Assembly: GCA_963705625.1 (NCBI GenBank)
Contig: CAVPKG010000001.1
Coordinates: 3,790 to 67,789, forward strand
Direction: 5' to 3'
Source of the DNA: an uncultured Actinomycetes bacterium
GTDB lineage: Bacteria > Actinomycetota > Acidimicrobiia > IMCC26256 > DASPTH01
Length of the DNA: 64,000 nt
The stretch's first letter is position 1; every line of letters starts with the position of its first letter. Under the pieces are notes generated by a model that was not told where the DNA came from, ran no database searches, and was given only the letters and a program-made list of their open reading frames with translations. A program made the translations under genes and the position numbers. Below, in pieces: positions 19,721 to 29,449 of the stretch.

Positions 19721-20370
19721 CTACAGCAGCAGAGGAGTGCGCAGCCCGTAGGTGTCGGTGTCGTCGAGCGTGAGCCGGTGCTCGGCGATCTGGTCGACCG
19801 ACACCATGGCGATCCGGTGCTCGGTCGCGAAGCCGCTCGAGGTACGGACAGCCGCGCGGGCGAGCCGTCCTCGTGCAGCACCTCGCAGATCGCCGCGACC
19901 GGCGGGAGCCCGGCGAGCCGGGCGAGGTCGACGGCGGCCTCGGTGTGGCCGCGGCGCTCGAGCACGCCGCCCGGCGCGGGCGCGCAGCGGGAACACGTGG
20001 CCGGGTCGCTGGAAGTCGCGACGGGCGCGCGTCCGGGTCGAGGACCTTGCGGATGGTCGTGGCGCGATCGGCCGCGCCGATGCCGCTCCCCGCGGTGACG
20101 TGGTCGATCGACACCGTGAACGCGGTGTCGCACCCCGCACGGTCCGACGGCACCATCGGCCACATGTCGAGCGCGTCGAGCACGCGCGTCGCACGGCATG
20201 CACACGAGCCCGCGACCCCACCGCAGCATGAAGTTGACGGCTTCGGGGGTGACCCAGCTCGCTGCCATCGTGAGGTCGCCCTCGTTCTCGCGGTCTTCGT
20301 CGTCGACGACGAGGACCATCTCGCCGCGGCGGATGCGCTTCAGTGCGTCGTCGATGGTGGCCAGTGGCAT
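19721..20370 (-). pseudogene. ribB: 3,4-dihydroxy-2-butanone 4-phosphate synthase, >=4 frame switches
   Basis: The gene is spread over three reverse frames. Segments: MPLATIDDALKRIRRGEMVLVVDDEDRENEGDLTMAASWVTPEAVNFMLRWGRGLVCMPC / LDALDMWPMV...TAFTVSIDH...GIGAADRATTIRKVLD / RDFQRPGHVFPL / GGVLERRGHTEAAVDLARLAGLPPVAAICEVL / FATEHRIAMVSVDQIAEHR. Confidence 0.7.
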
Positions 20371-21406
20371 TGGGGGCTCCTCGTGGTCGAGTTGTCGGGG
20401 CAGGGTGACGACCATGCGGCAGCCGTGCGGCTCCCGTCGTTCGGGATGGATGTCGCCGCCGTGGAGGTCGACGATCCACTGGGCGATCGCGAGGCCGAGC
20501 CCCGCGCCGCCGTCGCTCGACGCGCGCGCGGTGTCGGCGCGGTAGAAGCGCTCGAAGATCCGCGTCTGCTCCGACTCGGGGATGCCCGGGCCTTCGTCGA
20601 CCACCTCGATGACGACGCCGTCGTGGGTGCGGTGCGCGCACACCTCGACGACACCGCCTCGCGGCGTGTGGCGCACCGCGTTCTCGAGCAGGTTCGCGAC
20701 CACCTGGTGCACGCGCTCGGGATCGCCGTCGGCGGTGAGGTCGGGCGAGTCGACCACGATCGAAACGTCGATCTCGGGCGCGTGCAGCCGCTGCTCGCGC
20801 ACCGCGTGCGCGAGCAGCGGCTCCACCCGGAACTCGGTGCGCTCGAGCGGCACCGCGCCCGACTCGAGGCGCGAGAGGTCGAGGAGCTGCTTGACCAGCC
20901 GGCCGAGCCGCTCGACCTGCGCGAGCATCGTGCGGAAGGTCTCGGGGTCGGGCTCGGCCACGCCGTCGACGAGGTTCTCGAGCAGCAGCCTGCAGCGCGG
21001 TGATCGGCGTGCGCAGCTCGTGCGACACGTTCGCGACCAGGTCGCGCCGCACGCGGTCGGTCTCGGCGAGCTCGGCGGCCATCTGGTTGAACGCCCGCGC
21101 CAGGGCGCCGACCTCGTCGCGCGACGACGAACGTACGCGTCGCTCGTAGTTGCCCTTGGCCATCTCGGACGCAGCGGCGGCCATCTCGCGCAGCGGCGAC
21201 GTCATCCCGCGCGCGAGGAACCACACCATCGTCATCGCGACCGCGGCGGCGATGACGCCGCTCACCGACGGCCACAGCCCGATCTTGAGACCGACCCAGA
21301 ACACGAACACCGTGATCGCGACCGCCGCCGCGATCACGAAGCCGAGCTTGAGCTTGATCGACGGGACGTCGTCGAGCGGGTGGGCGAGGCGCTCGCGGCG
21401 GTTCAC
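20371..21406 (-). CDS. two-component sensor histidine kinase (2 TM, HAMP, HisKA, HATPase), frameshift near 20990; 3' end undefined
   Basis: GTG 21406 (VNRRERLAHPL) overlaps the regulator stop (GTGA). Motifs: HAMP ...SPLREMAAAASEMAKGNYERRV, SHELRTPITALQ, NLLENAVRHTP, VVDEGPGIP, GGAGLGLAIAQ. The frame runs into ribB with no stop. Confidence 0.8.
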
Positions 21407-22083
21407 GCGGGCGTTTCCCCGCGGCGTAGCCGACACCGTGCACCGTGCGGACCACGTCGTTACCCAGCTTGCGGCGGAGCGCGCGCACGTGCGAGTCGAC
21501 CGTGCGCGCGCCCGCACCGTCGTGGTAACCCCACACCTGCGCCAGCAGCTGTTCGCGAGTGAAGACGCGCGCCGGTCGTTCGGCGAGATGCACGAGCAGG
21601 TCGAACTCGGTGGGGGTGAGGTGCACCGACTCGTCGCCGTTCCGGACCCGGCGGGTGGCGGGCTCGAGGGTGACCTGCCCCGACCTGGAGCGTGGCGGTG
21701 GGCACGGCAGGCCTGCGCTCGACCCGCCGCAGCAGCGCGTGCACCCGGGCGACGAGCTCACGGGCGCTGAACGGCTTGGTGAGGTAGTCGTCGGCGCCGA
21801 CTTCGAGCCCGACCACGAGGTCGGTCTCCGAGTCACGGGCCGTGAGCATGAGGACCGGAACCGGCCGGTCGCGCTGGATCCTCCGGCAGACGTCGAGGCC
21901 GTCGAGCCCGGGAAGCATGAGGTCGAGCACGACGAGGTCGGGCTGGAGGCGTTCGCAGAGCTCGACGCCCGCGTGCCCGTCGGCGGCGATCGCCACCTCG
22001 AAGCCCTCGCTGCGGAGCCGGGTGGCGACGGCGTCGGCGATCGGCGGTTCGTCCTCCACGACGAGGATCGTGCGCGTGAGCAT
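21403..22083 (-). CDS. OmpR/PhoB-family response regulator, frame switches near 21700 and near the 3' end
   Basis: MLTRTILVVEDEPPIADAV...DLVVLDLMLPGLDG...DYLTKPFSARELVARV is in ORF 21460..22233. LTPTEFDLLVHLAERPARVFTREQLLAQVWGY...VDSHVRALRRKL...TVHGVGY is in ORF 20340..21836. An alternative start lies at 22101. Confidence 0.8.
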
Positions 22084-22170
22084 CGGGGCCGGAAGGGACA
22101 TCGCCGGTCCAGGATAAGGACACGCTCTGAAGGTGTCCCGCTGGAGTTGTGGAGATTCGAAGGAGATCAC

Positions 22171-22223
22171 GAGCGAGCGACTGCGGGCCGGGTATCCCGG
22201 CTCGCAGCGAGCGACCCATGTGC
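22171..22223. repeat. REP/MITE-like palindromic element, solo copy 1, flanked by 10-bp direct repeats
   Basis: The element is GAGCGAGCGACT-GCGGGCCGGG-TAT-CCCGGCTCGC-A-GCGAGCGACCC. AGGAGATCAC occurs at 22161..22170 and again at 22224..22233. The right copy contains the thiQ stop codon. Confidence 0.75.
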
Positions 22224-22229
22224 AGGAGA

Positions 22230-23180
22230 TCACCCGAGCTCGACGGCCGCTCCGGGCGCCATCTCGACGCCGACGCCGGCGCCGACCTCGGGAACCAAGC
22301 CGTCGACCGCGACCGCGACCTCGAGGCGCTCACCGTTCCCCACCTCGATCTCGAGGAGATAGTGGTCTCGGCGGAACGTTCGGCCGGTGACGACGGCCGT
22401 CCTGGCCGACGACGGTGCGAGCTGCAGCCCTTCGGGACGCACGGCGACCAGGCCGTTGCCGAAGGCGCGGGTCACGTTCCAGCCGAGGAACCGGGCGACG
22501 AACACGTTCGCCGGGTGATCCCACACGTCGGCCGGCGTGCCGGACTGCTCGACGCGGCCCCCTTCCATCACGACGACCCGATCGGCGAGCGCGAACGCCT
22601 CGTCGTGGTCGTGGGTCACGAAGATGATCGTGAGCCCGAGACGCACGAACAGCGCGCGGAGCTCGGCGACGAGCCGGTCGCGGCAGCGCGCGGTCGAGCG
22701 CACCGAGAGGTTCGTCGAGCATGAGCAGTCGTGGCGCAGGCGCGAGCGCGCGGCGAGCGCGACCCGTTGCTGCTCGCCGCCGGACAGTTCCGCGACTCGA
22801 CGATGGTCGAACCCGACGAGGCCGACGAGCGCGAGCGCCTCGCGGGCGCGCGCTTCGGCCTCGGCGCGGGGACGGCGCTGCATGCGAAGCCCGAAGACCA
22901 CGTTGCCGAGCACGTCACGGTGCGGGAAGAGGGCGTGATCCTGGAACATCAGGCCGAACCCGCGACGGTGCGGCGGTACGTCGGCGAGGTCGACGCCGTT
23001 CCACCGAACGAACCCGGTCGCCTCGGGCGCGAGTCCCGCGACCGCCCGGAGCAGCGTGCTCTTGCCGCTGCCGCTCGGACCCAGCACGCTCACGATCTCG
23101 CGGTCGCCGATCACGAGGTCTACGCCGTCGAGCGCGGTGACCTCCCCGTAGCGCACCGCGAGCTGTTCGATCTCGAGCAT
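22230..23180 (-). CDS. thiQ: thiamine/Fe3+-type ABC importer ATP-binding protein with C-terminal TOBE-like domain; compensated pair of frame switches
   Basis: MLEIEQLAVRYGEV...GPSGSGKSTLLR...LSGGEQQRVALA, then LLMLDEPLGALD only in ORF 22330..22722, then IIFVTHDHDEAF back in the main frame. ATG 23180 overlaps the thiP stop (ATGA). Confidence 0.8.
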   Translation of the reverse strand: MLEIEQLAVRYGEVTALDGVDLVIGDREIVSVLGPSGSGKSTLLRAVAGLAPEATGFVRWNGVDLADVPPHRRGFGLMFQDHALFPHRDVLGNVVFGLRMQRRPRAEAEARAREALALVGLVGFDHRRVAELSGGEQQRVALAARSRLRHDCSCSTNLSVRSTARCRDRLVAELRALFVRLGLTIIFVTHDHDEAFALADRVVVMEGGRVEQSGTPADVWDHPANVFVARFLGWNVTRAFGNGLVAVRPEGLQLAPSSARTAVVTGRTFRRDHYLLEIEVGNGERLEVAVAVDGLVPEVGAGVGVEMAPGAAVELG

Positions 23181-24837
23181 CAGAACTCGCCGACCGATCC
23201 CACGCGGAACCGCTCGATGCCGAGGATCGCGAGGGCGGTGATGGCCATGAGGATCACGCTCGCCGCCATCGCCGCGCCGAAGTTGAGCGGCCCCGGCTGC
23301 CCGAGCAGCCGGTAGACGAGGACCGGCAAGGTCGGCGAGGTCGGTCGCACGATGAACAACGTGGCTCCGAACTCGCCGAGCGAGATCGCGAAGGCGAAGC
23401 CGGCGGCCACGAGCGCGGCGCGGGCGACGATCGGCAGGTCGACCTCCCGCCAGACCCGGGACGGCGGAGCGCCGAGGGTCGCGGCGACCTCCCGGAGTCG
23501 CGGGTCGATGGCCCGCAGCACGGGCGTCATCACCCGAATGACGAACGGGGTGGCGATCAGCGCTTGCGCGATCGGGACGAGGAGCCACGACGTGCGGAGG
23601 TCGATCGGGGGCTCGTCGAGCGCGATGAGGAACCCGAAGCCCACGGTCACCGCCGACACGCCGAGCGGCAGCGACACGAGCGCATCGAGCGCACGCCCGC
23701 GCCGCCGGGCGAGCACGATCGCGCCGCAACCGCCGACGACGACCGCGATGACCGTGGCGATCGCGGCATACCGCAACGACGTGGCCGTCGCGCTGGCCGG
23801 TGACACGAACAAGGTGCTGCCGCGGTGGAGCTCGTCGAGCGCGCGGTAGGAGTCGAACCCGTAGCCGGACGGCGTGTGCAGCGAACGCTCGACGAGCACC
23901 GCGATCGGACCGCCGAGCAGCAACGCCATCACCGCGAGGTTCACTCCCACCACGGCCCGCTCGCCGCGTGGTGCGCGGACGGTGCGCGGTCTCCGCGGCG
24001 GCCCGCAGTCGCAATGCCACGCGCTCGCGTCCCTGGATGCGCGCGGTGACCGCGAGGAGGACGCCGACGGCCACGAGCTGCACGAACGTGAGCGCGGCGG
24101 CGAGCGGCAGGTTCAGGAGTTGCGCAGTCTGCCGGTAGATCTCGGTTTCGAGCGTCGCGTACCGCGGGCCACCGAGGATCAGGATGACGCCGAACGACGT
24201 GAAGGTGAAGAGGAACACGATCGCGCTCGCGGTCGCGATTGCCGGGCGCAGCGCGGGGAGGGTGACGGCCCGGAACGCCCGCCACGTGCTCGCCCCGAGC
24301 ATCCGCGCCGCTTCTTCCTGATGGGGGTCGAGGTGCGACCAGAGGCCACCCACGGTGCGCACGACCACCGCGTAGTTGAAGAAGACGTGCGCGATGAGGA
24401 TCGCCCACACCGTCTGGTCGAGGCCGAGGCTCCCGAGCGGGCCGCCCGGGCCGAGCAACGCCGCGAACGCGGTTCCGACCACCACGGTGGGCAGCACGAA
24501 CGGCACGGTCACCAGCGCGCGCACGACCGCGTCGTCCGGGGAACTCGTAGCGCGTGAGCATGTACGCGCCGGGCAGCGCGATCGCCACGGTGAGCACCGT
24601 CGACACGGTGGCCTGCCACACCGTGAACCAGATCACGTGACGGAGTGCCGGGTCGGTCACGACCTCGCGGAGCGGATCGAGGTCGAGGGTGCCGTCCGGC
24701 GCGAGGCCGCGTCCGACGATCTTCGCGACCGGGTACACGAAGAACACGGCGAAGAAGGCGAGCGGGACGAGCGTGAGCAGAGCGCTCGCGCCGCGCCGGT
24801 GCGCGACGACCGCTACCGGAGCACTGTGCTGGTCCAC
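23180..24837 (-). CDS. thiP: thiamine ABC transporter permease (duplicated 6-TM fold), frame switches near 24525 and 23960
   Basis: Three reverse frames are needed. Segments: ALLTLVPLAFFAVFFVYPV...VWQATVSTVLTV / VPFVLPTVVVGTAFAALLGP...EEAARMLGASTWRAFRAVTLP / LPLGVSAVTVGFGFLIAL...REVAATLGAPPSRVWREVDLP. Confidence 0.75.
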
Positions 24838-25853
24838 TGCTCGATCCACTGGTCGCGGTTGCGAGCGATCTCGGGCGCCGGCAGCGAGAGCGGGTTCGGT
24901 GCCACATCGGCGAACTTCGTGAACACCGACGGCAACGGCGTACCCTCGCGGACGGGGAACACGAACATCTGGAGCGGGACGTCCGCCTGGAAGCGCGACG
25001 ACAGCATGAAGTCGACGAGCTTGCGCGCGGCCGCCCGGTGCTCGGTTCCCTTCAGCACGCCCGCGAACTCCACCTGGCGGAAGCACGAATCGAGCATCGT
25101 GCCCACCGGCGAGGTCTTCGGATGGGGCTTCGCGTAGTACACGGCGGCCGGAGGACTCGACGCGTACGACACCACGAGCGGGTACGTGCCCTGGTTGCCG
25201 CCCTGGGTGAAGTCGCCCTCGTACGCGGTCTCCCACCCGTCGTCGACCTTCACGCCGTTCGACCGGAGCTTCTCCCAGTAGGCGCGCCAGCCGCGGTCGC
25301 CGTAGCGGGCGATCGTCGCGAGCACGAATGCGAGACCCGGAGACGAGGTGGCCGGGTTCTCGACCACGAGCTTGCCGTCGTACTCGGACTTCGTGAGGTC
25401 GTCGAGCGTCCGCGGTACCGCGAGCTTCTCCTTCGCGAACCACTGCTTGTCGAAGTTGATGCACACGTCGCCGTGATCGATCGGCGTGAGGTGGTGCGTC
25501 GGATCGAGCTGGAACTCGGCGGGGACCTTCGACAGCGCCGAAGGGGAATATGTCTCGAAGATCCCCTCGTCGAGCGCGCGCCCGAGGAACGTGTTGTCGA
25601 CTCCGAAGAGCACGTCGCCGACGGGATGGTCCTTCGTCAGAACGGCCTGGTTCAGCACCTCCCCGGCGTCGCCCGATTGCAGCAGCTTCACCTTCACGCC
25701 GGTCTGTTTGGTGAACGCGGCAAGTACCGGTTTCGACACCGCGAACGAGTCGTGGGCGACGAGCGTGATCGTCGTGGTGCTTGCCGCGCCCGCGTGCGCC
25801 GGCGCTATCGAGAGCAGTGCGATCGGCAGCAGCAGGGCGAGCGCGCGCTTCAT
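24813..25853 (-). CDS. thiB: thiamine ABC transporter substrate-binding protein
   Basis: MKRALALLLPIALLSIAPAHA (signal) ...ITLVAHDSFAVSKPVLAAFTKQTGVKVKLLQSGDAGE...VCINFDKQWF...SSPGLAFVLATI, a ThiB/TbpA-type family 1 SBP. The gene is intact. Confidence 0.85.
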   Translation of the reverse strand: MKRALALLLPIALLSIAPAHAGAASTTTITLVAHDSFAVSKPVLAAFTKQTGVKVKLLQSGDAGEVLNQAVLTKDHPVGDVLFGVDNTFLGRALDEGIFETYSPSALSKVPAEFQLDPTHHLTPIDHGDVCINFDKQWFAKEKLAVPRTLDDLTKSEYDGKLVVENPATSSPGLAFVLATIARYGDRGWRAYWEKLRSNGVKVDDGWETAYEGDFTQGGNQGTYPLVVSYASSPPAAVYYAKPHPKTSPVGTMLDSCFRQVEFAGVLKGTEHRAAARKLVDFMLSSRFQADVPLQMFVFPVREGTPLPSVFTKFADVAPNPLSLPAPEIARNRDQWIEQWTSTVLR

Positions 25854-26503
25854 GAGAGTGCCTTCCGTGCGTCGGGGAGTACGACGAGCAGCACGCCGTC
25901 GTCGAGCGATACCTGCGCGACCGGCTCGAGCAGCTCGTTGCTCAACCCGCGCGTCGATCCCGGCAACAGGGTCTCGCCGTGGAGCGGGAACCGGAGGCCC
26001 GTGGTGTGCACACCACGCGCCGGTCCACCGAGTGCGAACAGCGAGCACAGGTCGCCCGGCTGCCCCCTGAGCTCGCGAGCGGCGCGGACGACGAACACGT
26101 CGGCGTCGCCCACCCGCGCCTCGACGTCGAGCCCGACGAACTCGTGCGACGCGAGGAGGAGAAGGTTGGCGAGCGAGTGGTCGACGCGTCCGCCCGCGCC
26201 GCCGATCACCACCACACGCGTGCACCCGCGGTCGCGTGCCACCTGCAACGAGAGCTCGAGGTCGGTGAAGTCCTTCGCGCGGGGGTGCACGTCGACCGTC
26301 GTACCGGTGGCGGTCGCGGCGTCGAGCGCCGCAGGATCGACCGAGTCGAGATCGCCGACGACGAGCCCGACGTCGAAGCCGAGCGCGACGGCGTGGTGGA
26401 GCCCGGAGTCGGCCGCAACCACGAGGTCGGCTTCGGGCAGATCCTCGATGGCGCTCGTGGGCGGTGGATCGCCTCCTGCGAACACGAGCGCGACGCTTCC
26501 CAT
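25850..26503 (-). CDS. thiN: thiamine pyrophosphokinase
   Basis: MGSVALVFAGGDPP...DLVVAADSGLHHA...VGDLDS...KDFTDLELSL...VVIGGAGGRVDHSLANL. The ATG at 26503 is preferred over 26521 because 26521 lies inside the riboswitch aptamer. GGAGGGA sits 5 nt upstream of 26503. Confidence 0.85.
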   Translation of the reverse strand: MGSVALVFAGGDPPPTSAIEDLPEADLVVAADSGLHHAVALGFDVGLVVGDLDSVDPAALDAATATGTTVDVHPRAKDFTDLELSLQVARDRGCTRVVVIGGAGGRVDHSLANLLLLASHEFVGLDVEARVGDADVFVVRAARELRGQPGDLCSLFALGGPARGVHTTGLRFPLHGETLLPGSTRGLSNELLEPVAQVSLDDGVLLVVLPDARKALS

Positions 26504-26504
26504 C

Positions 26505-26600
26505 AGTCCCTCCGCCGGCATTACCCGGTTCAGGTTCGAGGGGTCGGCGACGCATGACGGTCGCCCTCTCAGCCCGGCTGTCCCGAGCTCCCCGGGGATT
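26505..26600 (-). ncRNA. TPP (THI-box) riboswitch
   Basis: The reverse strand reads CGGGGAGCUCGGGACAGCCGGGCUGAGAGGGCGACCGUCAUGCGUCGCCGACCCCUCGAACCUGAACCGGGUAAUGCCGGCGGAGGGA. The conserved cores CUGAGA, ACCC, GAACCUGA.CGGGUAAUGCCGGCG.AGGGA are all present and in order. It lies directly 5' of thiN. Confidence 0.8.
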
Positions 26601-26674
26601 CGGTTGTCACGTCATCGTACGCGTTGACGAGCCTGTGCCAGTGTGCGTTCTGCATCGTGGGGAATGGAGGACGG

Positions 26675-27250
26675 ATGGCGGTCGAGCCCGAGATCGTGCT
26701 CGTACGACACGGCGAAACGGAGTGGAGCAGCGCCGGCAAGCACACGTCGTACAGCGACATCGCGCTCACTGAACGCGGGCAGGAGCAAGCGGCCGAGCTC
26801 GCGCCACGACTCATGGGCCGGGGGTTCGGGCTGGTGCTCACCAGCCCGCGTACGCGGGCCATCGACACCTGTGCCTTCGCGGGCCTCGGCGACCACGCGG
26901 AGGTGACCGATGACCTCGCGGAGTGGAACTACGGCGGGTACGAGGGCCGCACCATCACCGAGATCCGGAACGAGGTGCCCGACTGGACGCTCTTTTCGCA
27001 CGGCGTTCCCGGGGGTGAGACGCTTGCTCAGGTCGGCGCGCGGGCTGACCGCGTGCTCGCGCGCGCGGCCGCCGCCGCGGCGCGGGGTCCCGCCGCGTTC
27101 TTCTCGCACGGCCACTTTCTTCGCGTCCTCGGCGCCCGCTGGGTGGGTCTCGCGCCCGAAGCCGGAGGTCTCCTCGGGCTCGACGTCGCGACGATCAGCG
27201 TCCTGGGCCACGAGCACGAGCAGCGTGTGCTGCGCGTGTGGAATTCGTGA
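26675..27250 (+). CDS. histidine phosphatase (phosphoglycerate mutase) family protein
   Basis: MAVEPEIVLVRHGETEWS...LTERG..QA...VLTSPRTRAIDT...ETLAQV...FFSHGHFLRVL carries the RHG and H catalytic motifs. Confidence 0.8.
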   Translation: MAVEPEIVLVRHGETEWSSAGKHTSYSDIALTERGQEQAAELAPRLMGRGFGLVLTSPRTRAIDTCAFAGLGDHAEVTDDLAEWNYGGYEGRTITEIRNEVPDWTLFSHGVPGGETLAQVGARADRVLARAAAAAARGPAAFFSHGHFLRVLGARWVGLAPEAGGLLGLDVATISVLGHEHEQRVLRVWNS

Positions 27251-27271
27251 GCGGCAAATAGGCTCGGGCGA

Positions 27272-28198
27272 ATGGCCGGACTGAGGGTGGGCATCGTGGG
27301 CACCGGCGGTGTCGGTATCGCGAGCGCGGGCGCGGTCATCTTCCAAGGTCTCGCCGGCTGTGTCACGCTCTACGGGCGCGCGGGTGATCGAGCGCGGGGT
27401 GAGGCGCTCGACTACCTGCACGCGATGCCGCTCCTCCCGCGCACCGACATCCGAGGCCGGTCGTTCGAGGAGATCGAGCCCGAAGACGTGCTCGTCATCA
27501 CGGTCGGCGCGCACACGAAGAGCGGGCAGTCGCGCCTCGACATGTTGCAGGGAAATCTCGATGTGATGGCGGCGACGGCCGAAGCGATCGAGCGGGGTGG
27601 ACTGCCACGTATTGCAATCGTCGTGAGCAGTCCGCTCGACGTCCTCACCGAGTACCTGACGCGACGATGGGCGGACGAGCCGGTCTCGGTGATGGGCACC
27701 GGCACGTCGCTCGACACGCTCCGCTTCGCCGAACTGCTCGCTCGGGAGTGCGGCGTCCACGCTCGGAGCGTGCACGCGTGGGTCGTCGGCGAGCACGGCG
27801 ATTCCGCGGTGTTCTTGTTCAGCGGCGCGTGCATCGGCGCGATGTCGCTCGTCGACTACGCCGCGCAGCGCGACCTCGACATCACCCCCGAGTGGCACGC
27901 GGGCATCGAGCAGGAAGTGCGCAGCGCGGCGTACCGCGTCCGCGAGCTCGCCGGTGCATCGCGGCACGGGATCGGCCTCGCGGTGAGCGGGCTGATCCGT
28001 TGCATTGCACGAGAAGCCGGAACGATCATCCCGGTCTCGGTACGTGTCGACGACGGCGTCTGCGCCAGCCTCCCGTGCGCGCTCGGACCTGATGGACCGA
28101 GCGAACCGCTCATGCCCGCAATGAATTCCGACGAGCAGGCCGCGTGGGAACACTCGCTCGACGTGCTGCGCAAGGCCAACACCGCGCTGCCCTTCTGA
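27272..28198 (+). CDS. L-lactate/malate dehydrogenase family protein (LDH-like)
   Basis: VGIVGTGGVGIA, VITVGAHTKSGQSRLDMLQGN, GTGTSLDTLRF and VVGEHGDSAV are present. The gene is intact. Confidence 0.8.
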   Translation: MAGLRVGIVGTGGVGIASAGAVIFQGLAGCVTLYGRAGDRARGEALDYLHAMPLLPRTDIRGRSFEEIEPEDVLVITVGAHTKSGQSRLDMLQGNLDVMAATAEAIERGGLPRIAIVVSSPLDVLTEYLTRRWADEPVSVMGTGTSLDTLRFAELLARECGVHARSVHAWVVGEHGDSAVFLFSGACIGAMSLVDYAAQRDLDITPEWHAGIEQEVRSAAYRVRELAGASRHGIGLAVSGLIRCIAREAGTIIPVSVRVDDGVCASLPCALGPDGPSEPLMPAMNSDEQAAWEHSLDVLRKANTALPF

Positions 28199-28211
28199 AA
28201 CCGGGCCCGCG

Positions 28212-29443
28212 ATGCCGCTGCTCCAGAGTGCGACCGTGACCTCGCTCATGGCCGCCGCGGGTCATGAGCAACTCGTGTTCGTCGCCGACCGCGCGGTCGG
28301 GTTGCGCGGGGTCATCGCGATCCATTCGACCGCGCTGGGTCCCGCCCTCGGCGGGGTCCGGTTCTGGCGGTACGCGAGCGAGCACGACGCGGTGATCGAC
28401 GCGCTCCGGCTCTCGGAGGCGATGACGCTCAAGGCCGCGATCGCGGGCCTGCACCAGGGTGGGGGCAAGGCGGTCGTCATGTGGGACGACCCGGACCACG
28501 CGCGTCCCCCGCACTGCTCCATGCGCTCGGGCGTGCCATCGACGAGCTCGGTGGCCGCTATCTCGCGGCCGAGGACGTGGGCGCGACCACTGCCGACATG
28601 AACGGGCTCGCCGACGTCACGCCCTGGGTGACCGGTGTCGACGAGGCAAAGGGTGGGTCGGGTGATCCTTCGCCCGTCACCGCCCTCGGTGTGCTGCACG
28701 CGATGCGCGCAGTGCGCACGGCGCTCGACGGAGACGCCTCGCTCCGCGGCTGTCGCGTCGTCGTCCAGGGATCCGGTCATGTGGGCTCGCAGCTCGCGCG
28801 GCGGCTCGTCACCGCGGGCGCCGAGGTGGTGGTGTCCGACCTCTTCGAGTCGCGCGCCGAAGGACTCGCCCGCGAGCTGGGCGCCACGATGGTCGATGCC
28901 GACGACGCACTTGTCACACCCTGCGACATCCTCGCTCCGTGCGCGCTCGGCGACGTGTTCGATGACGAGACCATCCCCCGCCTCCGGTGCCGTGCGATCG
29001 TCGGCGCCGCGAACAACCAACTCGGTGTGATCGGCGCCGACCGCATGCTCGCCGCGCGCGGGATTCTCTACGCCCCGGACTTCGTCGCCAACGCCGGCGG
29101 AATCATCAACATCGCCGAAGAGTTCGTGGGCTATGACCGCGAGCGCGCACTGGCGCGGGCGGCGGAGATCGAGGGCACCACCGCGCGGGTGCTCGCGCTC
29201 GCCGACGAGCAAGACATCACGCCATCGCGCGCTGCCGAGAGAATCGCGCGCCGGCGCATCGCAGAAGAAGGAGCGAATCGCCGGTGGCTGCCCGGCGACC
29301 CCGCCGCGTGGACGAACGGCGCGCCGCTCCGTTCCCTGCGGGGCGCCCGCGGCGACGAGGGCGAGCGAAGCGAGCTGAGTCGCTCGCCAGCGAACGAACG
29401 GCCGCGAGCCGGGTATCCCGGCTCGCAGAGAGCGAGCGAATAG
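28212..29443 (+). CDS. Leu/Phe/Val (Glu/Leu/Phe/Val family) amino-acid dehydrogenase, frameshift near 28500; C-terminal ~25 codons come from a REP element
   Basis: VIAIHSTALGPALGGVRFW...AMTLKAAIAGLHQGGGKAVV is in ORF 28212. LLHALGRAIDELGGRYLAAEDVG...VVVQGSGHVGSQLA...GAANNQL...APDFVANAGG is in ORF 28481..29443. Confidence 0.8.
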
Positions 29444-29448
29444 TCAGG
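29388..29448. repeat. REP/MITE-like palindromic element, solo copy 2 (perfect 10-bp stem)
   Basis: CGAACGAACGGCC-GCGAGCCGGG-TAT-CCCGGCTCGC-AGAGA-GCGAGCGAA-TAGTCAGG. The stem is 29404..29413/29417..29426. It lies between the convergent stops TAG 29441 and CTA 29450. Confidence 0.8.
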
Positions 29449-29449
29449 A

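Noticed and set aside
20340-20420. Sensor kinase and ribB share a reading frame with no stop between them (…VVTLPRQLDHEEPPMPLATIDD…), suggesting a kinase-RibB fusion protein
   Set aside because: Both genes carry other frame lesions, and the linker is short and non-conserved. An indel hiding the kinase stop is far more likely than a real bifunctional protein. It needs read-level confirmation before any interpretation.
20371-20500. Looked for an FMN riboswitch upstream of ribB, and for other riboswitch cores (cobalamin B12 box, SAM, GEMM) in the longer intergenic regions
   Set aside because: ribB is directly preceded by the kinase coding sequence. No conserved riboswitch core other than the TPP element at 26505-26600 could be recognised by eye.
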